This document shows, one piece after another, positions 15,171-29,242 of a stretch of 64,000 nucleotides of DNA (its first letter is position 1; every line of letters starts with the position of its first letter). The stretch is from Eledone cirrhosa. Taxonomy: Eukaryota. The stretch is from the NCBI GenBank assembly GCA_964016885.1, contig OZ024740.1, positions 319,114,001-319,178,000 on the forward strand, read 5' to 3'. The translations under genes were made by a program, and so were the position numbers. The notes beneath the pieces are model-generated. The model did no database searches. It was not told the origin of the DNA and was given only the letters and a program-made list of their open reading frames with translations.

Positions 15171-18100
15171 TTCTATCTGACATTCTAACGACTCTACCCA
15201 TTCGCTGTATTTCTACTACAATACTAACTTCAAATAATCCAGGATTGTCTCGTCTACTTCCACAACTTACATTCTATCTGACATTCTAACGACTCTACCA
15301 ATTTGCTGTATTTCTACTACAATACTAACTTCAATTAGTCCAGGATTGTCTCATTTATTTCCACAACTTACATTCTATCTGATATACGAACGACTCTACC
15401 AATTCGAAGTCTTTCTACTAACAACAAATAATGCAGGATTGTCTCGTCTATTTCCACAACTTACGTTCTATCTGACATTCTAACGACTCTACCAATTCGA
15501 AGTCTTTCTATTACAATACTCACAACAAATAATCCAGGATTGTCTCGTCTATTTCCACAACTTACATTCTATCTGACATTCTAACGACTCTAAGAATTCG
15601 CTGTCTTTCTACTACAATGTTCACAACAAACAATCCAGGATTGTCTCGTCTATTTCTACAACTTACGTTCTATGTGACATTCAAACGACTCTATCAATTC
15701 GAAGTCTTTCTACAACAATACTAACGTCAAATAATCCAGGATTGTCTCGTCCATTTCCACAACTTACATTCTATCTGACATTCTAACGACTATACGAATT
15801 CGAAGTCTTTCTACTACAATACTCACAACAAATAATCAAGGATTGTCTCCTATATTTCCACAACTTACATGTTATCTGAAATTCTAACGACTCTACGAAT
15901 TCGCTGTATTTCTACTACAATACTCACAACAAATAATCCAGGATTGTATAGTCTATTTCTACAACTTACGTTTTATCTGACATTCTAACGACTCTACGAA
16001 TTCGCTGTATTTCTACTACAATACTCACAACAAATAATCCAGCATCGTCTCGTCTATTTCCACAACTCACATTATATATGACATTCTAACGACTCTATCA
16101 ATTCGAAGTCTTTCTACTACAATACTAACGTCAAATAATCCAGGATCGTCTCGTCTATTTCCACAACTTACATTCTATCTGACATTCTAACGACTCTACC
16201 AATTCGAAGTCTTTCTGCTACAATACTAACAACAAATAATCTAGGATTGTCTCGTCTATTTCCACAACTTACATTTTATCTGACATTCTAACGACTCTAC
16301 CAATTCGAAGTCTTTCTACTACAATACTCACAACAAATAATCCAGGATTGTCTCGTCTATATCCACAACTTACATTCTATCTGATATGCTAACGACTCTA
16401 CCAATTCGATGTGTTTCTACTACAATACTCACAACAAATAATCCAGGATTGTCTCGTCTATCTCCAGACCTTACATTCTATCTGACATTCTAACGACTCT
16501 ACCATTTCGCTGTATTTCTACTACAATACTAACTTCAAATAATCCAGGATTGTCTCGTCTATTTCCACAACTTACATTCTATCTGACATTCAAACGACTC
16601 TACCAATTCGAAGTCTTTCTACTACAATACTAACGTCAAATAATCCAGGATTGTCTCCTCTATTTCCACAACTTACATTCTATCTGACGTTCTAACGACT
16701 CTACCAATTCGATGTCTTTCCACTACAATACTCACAACACATAATCCAGAATTGTCTCGTCTATTTCCACAACTTACATTCTATCTGACATACTAACGAC
16801 TCTACCAATTCAAAGTATTTCTACTACACTACTAACTTTAAACAATCCAGGATTGTCTCCTCTATTTCCACAACTTACATTCTATCTGACATTCTAACGA
16901 CTCTACCATTTCGCTGTATTTCTACTACAATACTAACTTCAAATAATCCAGGATTGTCTCGTCTATTTCCACAACTTACATTCTATCTGACATTCAAACG
17001 ACTCTACCAATTCGAAGTCTTTCTACTACAATACTAAGGTCAAATAATCCAGGATTGTCTCGTCTATTTCGACAACTTACTTTCTATCTGACATTCTAAC
17101 GACTCTACCAATTCGAAGTCTTTCTACTACAATACTCACAACAAATATTCCAGGATTGTCTCGTCTATTTCCACACCTTACATTCTATCTGACATTCTAA
17201 CGACTCTACCCATTCGCTGTATTTCTACTACAATACTTACTTCAAATAATCCAGGATTGTCACGTCTATTTCCACAACTTACTTTCTATCTGACATTCTA
17301 ACGACTCTACCAATTCGAAGTCTTTCTACTACAATACTCACAACAAATATTCCAGGATTGTCTCGTCTATTTCCACAACTTACATTCTATCTGACATTCT
17401 AACGACTCTACCAATTCGAAGTCTTTCTACTACAATACTAACTTTAAATAATCCAGGATTGTCTCCTCTATTTCCACAACTTACATATTATCTGAAATTA
17501 TAACGACTCTACCAATTCGCTGTATTTCTACTACAATACTCACAACAAATAATCCAGGATTGTATAGTCTATTTCTACAACTTACATTTTATCTGACGTT
17601 CTAACGACTCTACCAATTCGAAATCTTTCTACTACAATACTCACAACAAACAATCCAGGATTGTCTCGTCTATTTCTACAACTTACATTCTATGTGACAT
17701 TCAAACGACTCTATCAATTCGAAGTCTTTCTACAACAGTACTAACGTCAAATAATCCAGGATTGTCTCGTCCATTTCCACAACTTACATACTATCTGACA
17801 TTCTAACGACTCTACGAATTCGAAGTCTATCTACTACAGTACTCACAACAAATAATCCAGGATTGTCTCGTCTATTTCCACACCTTACATTCTATCTGAC
17901 ATTCTAACGACTCTACCCATTCGCTGTATTTCTACTACAATACTAACTTCAAATAATCCAGGATTGTCTCGTCTACTTCCACAACTTACATTGTATCTGA
18001 TATTCTAACGACTCTACCAATTCGAAGTCTTTCTACTACAATACTCACAACAAATAATCCAGGATTGTCTCGTCTAATTCCACAACTTACATTCTATCTG

Positions 18101-19549
18101 ACATTCAAACGACTCTATCAATTCGAAGTCTTTCTACTACAATACTAAGGTCAAATAATCCAGGATTGTCTCGTCTATTTCGACAACTTACTTTCTATCT
18201 GCCATTCTAACGACTCTACCAATTCGAAGTCTTTCTACTACAATACTCACAACAAATATTCCAGGATTGTCTCGTCTATTTCAACAACTTACATTCTATC
18301 TGCCATTCTAACGACTCTACCAATTCGAAGTCTTTCTACTACAATACTCACAACAAATAATCCAGGATTGTCTCGTCTATTTCCACACCTTACATTCTAT
18401 CTGACATTCTAACGACTCTACCAATTCGATGTATTTCTACTACAATATTCACACCAAATAATCCAGCATTGTCTCGTCTATTTCCACAACTCACATTCTA
18501 TCTGACATTCTAACGACTCTACCAATTCGAAGTCTTTCTACTACAATACTAACAACAAATAATCTAGGATTGTCTCGTCTATTTCCACAACTTACATTCT
18601 ATCTGACATTCTAACGACTCTACCCATTCGCTGTATTTCTACTACAATACTAACTTCAAATAATCCAGGATTGTCTCCTCTATTTCCACAGCTTACATTC
18701 TATCTCACATACTAACGACTCTACCAATTCAAAGTCTTTCTACTACACTACTAACTTTAAACAATCCAGGATTGTCTCCTCTATTTCCACAACTTACATT
18801 CTATCTAACATTGAAACGACTCTACCAATTCGATGTCTTTGTACTACAATACTCACAAAAAATAATCCAGGATTGTATCGTCTATTTCCACAACTTACAT
18901 TCTATCTGACATTCTAACGACTCTACCAATTCGAAGTCTATCTACTACAGTACTCACAAAAAATAATCCAGGATTGTCTCGTCTATTTCCACAACTTACA
19001 TTCTATCTGACATTTAAACGACTCTATCAATTCGAAGTCTTTCTACTACAATACTAAGGTCAAATAATCCAGGATTGTCTCGTCTATTTCGACAACTTAC
19101 TTTCTATCTGACATTCTAACGACTCTACCAATTCGAAGTCTTTCTACTACAATACTCACAACAAATATTCCAGGATTGTCTCGTCTATTTCCACAACTTA
19201 CATTCTATCTGACATTCTAACGACTCTACCCATTCGCTGTATTTCTACTACAATACTAACTTCAAATAATCCAGGATTGTCTCGTCTACTTCCACAACTT
19301 ACATTGTATCTGATATTCTAACGACTCTACCAATTCGAAGTCTTTCTACTACAATACTCACAACAAATAATCCAGGATTGTCTCGTCTATTTCCACACCT
19401 TACATTCTATCTGACATTCTAACGACTCTACCCATTCGCTGTATTTCTACTACAATACTAACTTCAAATAATCCAGGATTGTCTCCTCTATTTCCACAGC
19501 TTACATTCTATCTCACGTTCTAACGAGTCTACCAATTCGCTGTATTTCT

Positions 19550-22500
19550 ACTACAATACTCACAACAAATAAACCAGGATTGTCTCGTCTATTTCCACCA
19601 TTTACATTCTGTCTGACATACTAACGACTCTACCAATTCGAAGTCTTTCTACTACAATACTAACTTTAAACAATCCAGGATTGTCTCCTCTATTTCCACA
19701 ACTTACATTCTATCTGACATTCTAACGTGTCTACCAATTCGCTGTATTTCTACTACAATACTAACTTCAAATAATCCAGGATTGTATCGGCTATTTCCAC
19801 AACTTACATTCTCTCTGACATTCTAACGACTCTACCAATTCGCTGTCTTTCTACTACAATACTAACAACAAATAATCTACGATTGTCTCGTCTATTTCCA
19901 CAACTTACATTCTATCTGACATTCTAACGACTCTACCAATTCGAAGTCTTTCTACTACAATACTAACTTTAAACAATCCAGGATTGTCTCCTCTATTTCC
20001 ACAACTTACATTCTCTCTGACATTCTAACGACTCTACCAATTCGCTGTCTTTCTACTACAATACTAACAACAAATAATCTAGGATTGTCTCGTCTATTTC
20101 CACAACTTACATTCTATCTGACATTCTAACGACTCTACCAATTCGATGTCTTTGTACTACAATACTCACAAAAAATAATCCAGGATTGTATCGTCTATTT
20201 CCACAACTTACATTCTATCTGACATTCTAACGACTCTACCAATTCGAAGTCTATCTACTACAGTACTCACAACAAAAAATCCAGGATTGTCTCATCTATT
20301 TCAACACCTTACATTCTATCTGACATTCTAACGACTCTACCCATTCGCTGTATTTCTACTACAATACTAACTTCAAATAATCCAGGATTGTCTCGTCTAC
20401 GTCCACAACTTACATTGTATCTGATATTCTAACGACTCTACCAATTCGCTGTCTTTTTACTACAATACTCACAACAAATAATCCATATTGTCTCGTCTAT
20501 TTACACAACTTACATTCTATCTGACATTCAAACGACTCTATCAATTCGAAGTCTTTCTACTACAATACTAACGTCAAATAATCCAGGATTGTCTCGTCTA
20601 TTTCCACAACTTACTTTCTATCTGACATTCTAACGACTCTACCAATTCGAAGTCTTTCTACTACAATACTAACTTCAAATAATCCAGGATTGTCTCCTCT
20701 ATTTCCACAACTTACATTCTATCTCACATTCTAACGAGTCTACCAATTCGAAGTCTTTCTACTACAATACTAACTTTAAACAATCCAGGATTGTCTCCTC
20801 TATTTCCACAACTTACATTCTATCTGACATTCTAACGTGTCTACCAATTCGCTGTATTTCTACTACAATACTAACTTCAAATAATCCAGGATTGTATCGG
20901 CTATTTCCACAACTTACATTCTCTCTGACATTCTAACGACTCTACCAATTCGCTGTCTTTCTACTACAATACTAACAACAAATAATCTACGATTGTCTCG
21001 TCTATTTCCACAACTTACATTCTATCTGACATTCTAACGACTCTAACAATTTGAAGTCTTTCTACTACAATACTCACAACAAATAATCCAGGATTGTCTC
21101 GTCTATCTCCAGACCTTACATTCTATCTGACATTCTAACGACTCTACCAGTTCGCTGTATTTCTACTACAATACTAACTTCAAATAATTCAGGATTGTCT
21201 CGTCTATTTCCACAACTTACATTCTATCTGACATTCAAACGACTCTACCAATTCGAAGTCTTTCTACTACAATACTAACATCAAATAATCCAGGATTGTA
21301 TCGTCTATTTCTACAAATTACATTCTATCTGACATTCTAACGACTCTACTAATTCGAAGTCTTTCTGCTACAATACTCACAACAAATAATCCAGGATTGC
21401 CTCGTTTATTTCCACACCTTACATTCTATCTGACATACTAACGACTCTACCAATTCGAAGTCTTTATACTACAATACTAACTTTAAACAATCCAGGATTG
21501 TCTCCTCTATTTCCACAACTTACATTCTATCTGGCATTGAAACGACTCTACCAATTCGATGTCTTTGTACTACAATACTCACAAAAAATAATCCAGGATT
21601 GTATAGTCTATTTCCACAACTTACATTCTATCTGACATTCTAACGTGTCTACCAATTCGCTGTATTTCTACCACAATACTCTCAATAAATAAACCAGGAT
21701 TGTCTCGTCTATTTCCACAACTTACATTCTATCTGACATACTAACGACTCTACCAATTCGAAGTCTTTCTACTACAATACTAACTTTAAACAATCCAGGA
21801 TTGTCTCCTCTATTTCCACAACTTACATTCTATCTGACTTTCTAATGACTCTACCAATTCGCTGTCTTTTTACTACAATACTCACAACAAATAATCCATA
21901 TTGTCTCGTCTATTTCCACAACTTACATTCTATCCGACATTCAAACGACTCTATCAATTCGAAGTCTTTCTACTACAATACTAACGTCAAATAATCCAGG
22001 ATTGTCTCGTCTATTTCCACAACTTACTTTCTATCTGACATTCTAATGACTCTACCAATTCGAAGTCTTTCTACTACAATACTCACAACAAATATTCCAG
22101 GATTGTCTCGTCTATTTCCACAACTTACATTCTATCTGACATTCTAACGACTCTACCAATTCGAAGTCTTTCTACTACAATACTAACTTTAAATAATCCA
22201 GGATTGTCTCGTCTATTTCCACAACTTACATTCTATCTGACGTTCAAACGACTCTACCAATTCGAAGTCTTTCTACTACAATACTAACGTCAAATAATCC
22301 AGGATTGCCTCGTTTATTTCCACACCTTACATTCTATCTGACATACTAACGACTCTACCAATTCGAAGTCTTTCTACTACAATACTAACTTAAAACAATC
22401 CAGGATTGTCTCCTGTATTTCCATAACTTACATTCTATCTGACATTGAAACGTCTCTACCAATTCGATGTCTTTGTACTACAATACTCACAAAAAATAAT

Positions 22501-25500
22501 CCAGGATTGTATCGTCTATTTCCACAACTTACATTCTATCTGACATTCGAACGACTCTACCAATTCGCTGTATTTCTACTACAATACTAACTTCAATTAG
22601 TCCAGGATTGTCTCATCTATTTCCACAACTTACATTCTATCTGATATTCGAACGACTCTACCAATTCGAAGTCTTTCTACTACAATACTAACAACAAATA
22701 ATGCAGGATTGTCTCGTCTATTTCCACAACTTACGTTCTATCTGACATTCTAACGACTCTACCAATTCGAAGTCTTTCTACTACAATACTCACAACAAAT
22801 AATCCAAGGTTGTCGCTTCTATTTCCACAACTTACATTCTATCTGACATTCTAACAATTCTACGAAGTCGCTGTCTTTCTACTACAATGCTCACAACAAA
22901 TAATCCACGACTTTCTCGTCTATCTCCACAACTTACATTCTATCTGACATTCTAACGACTCTACCAATTCGAAATCTTTCTACTACAATACTCACAACAA
23001 ACAATCCAGGATTGTCTCGTCTATTTCTACAACTTACATTCTATGTGACATTCAAACGACTCTATCAATTCGAAGTCTTTCTACAACAATACTAACGTCA
23101 AATAATCCAGGATTGTCTCGTCCATTTCCACAACTTACATTCTATCTGACATTCTAACGACTCTACCAATTCGAAGTCTTTCTACTACAATACTCACAAC
23201 AAATAATCAAGGATTGTATCGTCTATTTCCACAACTTACATTGTATCTGATATTCTAACGACTCTACCAATTCGAAGTCTTTCTACTACAATACTCACAA
23301 CAAATAATCCAGGATTGTCTCGTCTATTTCCACAACTTACCTTTTATCTGACATTCTAATGACTCTACCAATTTGCTGTCTTTCTACTACAATACTCACA
23401 ACAAATAATCCATATTGTCTCGTCTATTTCCACAACTTACATTCTATCTGACATTCAAACGACTCTACCAATTCGAAGTATTTCTACTACAATACTAACG
23501 TCAAATAATCCAGGATTGCCTCGTTTATTTCCACACCTTACATTCTATCTGACATACTAACGACTCTACCAATTCGAAGTCTTTCTACTACAATACTAAC
23601 TTTAAACAATCCAGGATTGTCTCCTCTATTTCCATAACTTACATTCTATCTGACATTGAAACGTCTCTACCAATTCGATGTCTTTGTACTACAATACTCA
23701 CAACAAATAAACCAGGATTGTCTCGTCTATTTCCACCATTTACATTCTGTCTGACATACTAACGACTCTACCAATTCGAAGTCTTTCTACTACAATACTA
23801 ACTTTAAACAATCCAGGATTGTCTCCTCTATTTCCACAACTTACATTCTATCTGACATTCTAACGTGTCTACCAATTCGCTGTATTTCTACTACAATACT
23901 AACTTCAAATAATCCAGGATTGTATCGGCTATTTCCACAACTTACATTCTCTCTGACATTCTAACGACTCTACCAATTCGCTGTCTTTCTACTACAATAC
24001 TAACAACAAATAATCTACGATTGTCTCGTCTATTTCCACAACTTACATTCTATCTGACATTCTAACGACTCTACCAATTCGAAGTCTTTCTACTACAATA
24101 CTAACTTTAAACAATCCAGGATTGTCTCCTCTATTTCCACAACTTACATTCTCTCTGACATTCTAACGACTCTACCAATTCGCTGTCTTTCTACTACAAT
24201 ACTAACAACAAATAATCTAGGATTGTCTCGTCTATTTCCACAACTTACATTCTATCTGACATTCTAACGACTCTAACAATTCGATGTCTTTGTACTACAA
24301 TACTCACAAAAAATAATCCAGGATTGTATCGTCTATTTCCACAACTTACATTCTATCTGACATTCTAACGACTCTACCAATTCGAAGTCTATCTACTACA
24401 GTACTCACAACAAAAAATCCAGGATTGTCTCATCTATTTCAACACCTTACATTCTATCTGACATTCTAACGACTCTACCCATTCGCTGTATTTCTACTAC
24501 AATACTAACTTCAAATAATCCAGGATTGTCTCGTCTACGTCCACAACTTACATTGTATCTGATATTCTAACGACTCTACCAATTCGCTGTCTTTTTACTA
24601 CAATACTCACAACAAATAATCCATATTGTCTCGTCTATTTACACAACTTACATTCTATCTGACATTCAAACGACTCTATCAATTCGAAGTCTTTCTACTA
24701 CAATACTAACGTCAAATAATCCAGGATTGTCTCGTCTATTTCCACAACTTACTTTCTATCTGACATTCTAACGACTCTACCAATTCGAAGTCTTTCTACT
24801 ACAATACTAACTTTAAACAATCCAGGATTGTATCGGCTATTTCCACAACTTACATTCTCTCTGACATTCTAACGACTCTACCAATTCGCTGTCTTTCTAC
24901 TACAATACTAACAACAAATAATCTACGATTGTCTCGTCTATTTCCACAACTTACATTCTATCTGACATTCTAACGACTCTACCAGTTCGCTGTATTTCTA
25001 CTACAATACTAACTTCAAATAATTCAGGATTGTCTCGTCTATTTCCACAACTTACATTCTATCTGACATTCAAACGACTCTACCAATTCGAAGTCTTTCT
25101 ACTACAATACTAACATCAAATAATCCAGGATTGTATCGTCTATTTCTACAAATTACATTCTATCTGACATTCTAACGACTCTACTAATTCGAAGTCTTTC
25201 TGCTACAATACTCACAACAAATAATCCAGGATTGCCTCGTTTATTTCCACACCTTACATTCTATCTGACATACTAACGACTCTACCAATTCGAAGTCTTT
25301 CTACTACAATACTAACTTTAAACAATCCAGGATTGTCTCCTCTATTTCCACAACTTACATTCTATCTGGCATTGAAACGACTCTACCAATTCGATGTCTT
25401 TGTACTACAATACTCACAAAAAATAATCCAGGATTGTATAGTCTATTTCCACAACTTACATTCTATCTGACATTCTAACGTGTCTACCAATTCGCTGTAT

Positions 25501-27540
25501 TTCTACCACAATACTCTCAATAAATAAACCAGGATTGTCTCGTCTATTTCCACAACTTACATTCTATCTGACATACTAACGACTCTACCAATTCGAAGTC
25601 TTTCTACTACAATACTAACTTTAAACAATCCAGGATTGTCTCCTCTATTTCCACAACTTACATTCTATCTGACTTTCTAATGACTCTACCAATTCGCTGT
25701 CTTTTTACTACAATACTCACAACAAATAATCCATATTGTCTCGTCTATTTCCACAACTTACATTCTATCCGACATTCAAACGACTCTATCAATTCGAAGT
25801 CTTTCTACTACAATACTAACGTCAAATAATCCAGGATTGTCTCGTCTATTTCCACAACTTACTTTCTATCTGACATTCTAACGACTCTACCAATTCGAAG
25901 TCTTTCTACTACAATACTCACAACAAATATTCCAGGATTGTCTCGTCTATTTCCACAACTTACATTCTATCTGACATTCTAACGACTCTACCAATTCGAA
26001 GTCTTTCTACTACAATACTAACTTTAAATAATCCAGGATTGTCTCGTCTATTTCCACAACTTACATTCTATCTGACGTTCAAACGACTCTACCAATTCGA
26101 AGTCTTTCTACTACAATACTAACGTCAAATAATCCAGGATTGCCTCGTTTATTTCCACACCTTACATTCTATCTGACATACTAACGACTCTACCAATTCG
26201 AAGTCTTTCTACTACAATACTAACTTAAAACAATCCAGGATTGTCTCCTGTATTTCCATAACTTACATTCTATCTGACATTGAAACGTCTCTACCAATTC
26301 GATGTCTTTGTACTACAATACTCACAAAAAATAATCCAGGATTGTATCGTCTATTTCCACAACTTACATTCTATCTGACATTCGAACGACTCTACCAATT
26401 CGCTGTATTTCTACTACAATACTAACTTCAATTAGTCCAGGATTGTCTCATCTATTTCCACAACTTACATTCTATCTGATATTCGAACGACTCTACCAAT
26501 TCGAAGTCTTTCTACTACAATACTAACAACAAATAATGCAGGATTGTCTCGTCTATTTCCACAACTTACGTTCTATCTGACATTCTAACGACTCTACCAA
26601 TTCGAAGTCTTTCTACTACAATACTCACAACAAATAATCCAAGGTTGTCGCTTCTATTTCCACAACTTACATTCTATCTGACATTCTAACAATTCTACGA
26701 AGTCGCTGTCTTTCTACTACAATGCTCACAACAAATAATCCACGACTTTCTCGTCTATCTCCACAACTTACATTCTATCTGACATTCTAACGACTCTACC
26801 AATTCGAAATCTTTCTACTACAATACTCACAACAAACAATCCAGGATTGTCTCGTCTATTTCTACAACTTACATTCTATGTGACATTCAAACGACTCTAT
26901 CAATTCGAAGTCTTTCTACAACAATACTAACGTCAAATAATCCAGGATTGTCTCGTCCATTTCCACAACTTACATTCTATCTGACATTCTAACGACTCTA
27001 CCAATTCGAAGTCTTTCTACTACAATACTCACAACAAATAATCAAGGATTGTATCGTCTATTTCCACAACTTACATTGTATCTGATATTCTAACGACTCT
27101 ACCAATTCGAAGTCTTTCTACTACAATACTCACAACAAATAATCCAGGATTGTCTCGTCTATTTCCACAACTTACCTTTTATCTGACATTCTAATGACTC
27201 TACCAATTTGCTGTCTTTCTACTACAATACTCACAACAAATAATCCATATTGTCTCGTCTATTTCCACAACTTACATTCTATCTGACATTCAAACGACTC
27301 TACCAATTCGAAGTATTTCTACTACAATACTAACGTCAAATAATCCAGGATTGCCTCGTTTATTTCCACACCTTACATTCTATCTGACATACTAACGACT
27401 CTACCAATTCGAAGTCTTTCTACTACAATACTAACTTTAAACAATCCAGGATTGTCTCCTCTATTTCCATAACTTACATTCTATCTGACATTGAAACGTC
27501 TCTACCAATTCGATGTCTTTGTACTACAATACTCACAAAA
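19550..27540 (+). repeat. Higher-order tandem duplication, 41-mer (4138 bp) followed by a 38-mer copy (3835 bp)
   Basis: aaaccagg...ccaccatttacattctgtc at 19571/23709 and gtccacaac at 20401/24539 (4138); aaggttgtcgcttc at 22806/26641 (3835). Confidence 0.85.
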
Positions 27541-28200
27541 AATAATCCAGGATTGTATCGTCTATTTCCACAACTTACATTCTATCTGACATTCGAACGA
27601 CTCTACCAATTCGCTGTATTTCTACTACAATACTAACTTCAATTAGTCCAGGATTGTCTCATCTATTTCCACAACTTACATTCTATCTGATATTCGAACG
27701 ACTCTACCAATTCGAAGTCTTTCTACTACAATACTAACAACAAATAATGCAGGATTGTCTCGTCTATTTCCACAACTTACGTTCTATCTGACATTGTAAC
27801 GACTCTACCAATTCGAAGTCTTTCTACTACAATACTCACAACAAATAATCCAAGGTTGTCGCTTCTATTTCCACAACTTACATTCTATCTGACATTCTAA
27901 CAATTCTACGAAGTCGCTGCCTTTCTACTACAATGCTCACAACAAATAATCCACGACTTTCTCGTCTATCTCCACAACTTACATTCTATCTGACATTCTA
28001 ACGACTCTACCAATTCGAAATCTTTCTACTACAATACTCACAACAAACAATCCAGGATTGTCTCGTCTATTTCTACAACTTACATTCTATGTGACATTCA
28101 AACGACTCTATCAATTCGAAGTCTTTCTACAACAATACTAACGTCAAATAATCCAGGATTGTCTCGTCCATTTCCACAACTTACATTCTATCTGACATTC
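26150..28200 (+). repeat. Nested 12-monomer duplication (1211 bp offset)
   Basis: aaggttgtcgcttc at 26641/27852, with the same flanking order of variant monomers (ccataac, aatgcagg, ccacgactttc). Confidence 0.75.
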
Positions 28201-29242
28201 TAATGACTCTACCAATTCGCTGTCTTTCTACTACAGTACTCACAACAAATAATCCATATTGTCTCGTCTATTTCCACAACTTACATTCTATCTGACATTC
28301 AAACGACTCTACCAATTCGAAGTTTTTCTACTACAATACTCACAACAAATAATCAAGGATTGTCTCGTCTATTTCCACACCTTACATTCTATCTGACATT
28401 CTAACGACTCTACCCATTCGCTGTATTTCTACTACAATACTAACTTCAAATAATCCAGGATTGTCTCCTCTATTTCCACAATTTACATTCTATCTCACAT
28501 TCTAACGAGTCTACCAATTCGCTGTATTTCTACTACAATACTCACAACAAATAAACCAGGATTGTCTCGTCTATTTCCACCATTTACATTCTGTCTGACA
28601 TACTAACGACTCTACCAATTCGAAGTCTTTCTACTACAATACTAACTTTAAACAATCCAGGATTGTCACCTCTATTTCCACAACTTACATTCTATCTGAC
28701 ATTCTAACGTGTCTACCAATTCGCTGTATTTCTACTACAATACTAACTTCAAATAATCCAGGATTGTATCGGCTATTTCCACAACTTACATTCTCTCTGA
28801 CATTCTAACGACTCTACCAATTCGATATGTTTCTACTACAATACTCACAACAAATAATTCAGGATTGTCTCGTCTATCTCCAGACCTTACATTCTATCTG
28901 ACATTCTAACGACTCTACCAGTTCGCTGTATTTCTACTACAATACTAACTTCAAATAATCCAGGATTGTCTCGTCTATTTCCACAACTTACATTCTATCT
29001 GACATTCAAACGACTCTACCAATTCGAAGTCTTTCTACTACAATACTAACGTCAAATAATCCAGGATTGTATCGTCTATTTCCAGACCATACATTCTATC
29101 TGACATTCTAACGACTCTACCAGTTCGAAGTATTTCTACTACAATACTAACGTCAAATAATCCGGATTGCCTCGTTTATTTCCACACCTTACATTCTATC
29201 TGACATTCTAACGACTCTACCAATTCGAAGTCTTTCTACTAC

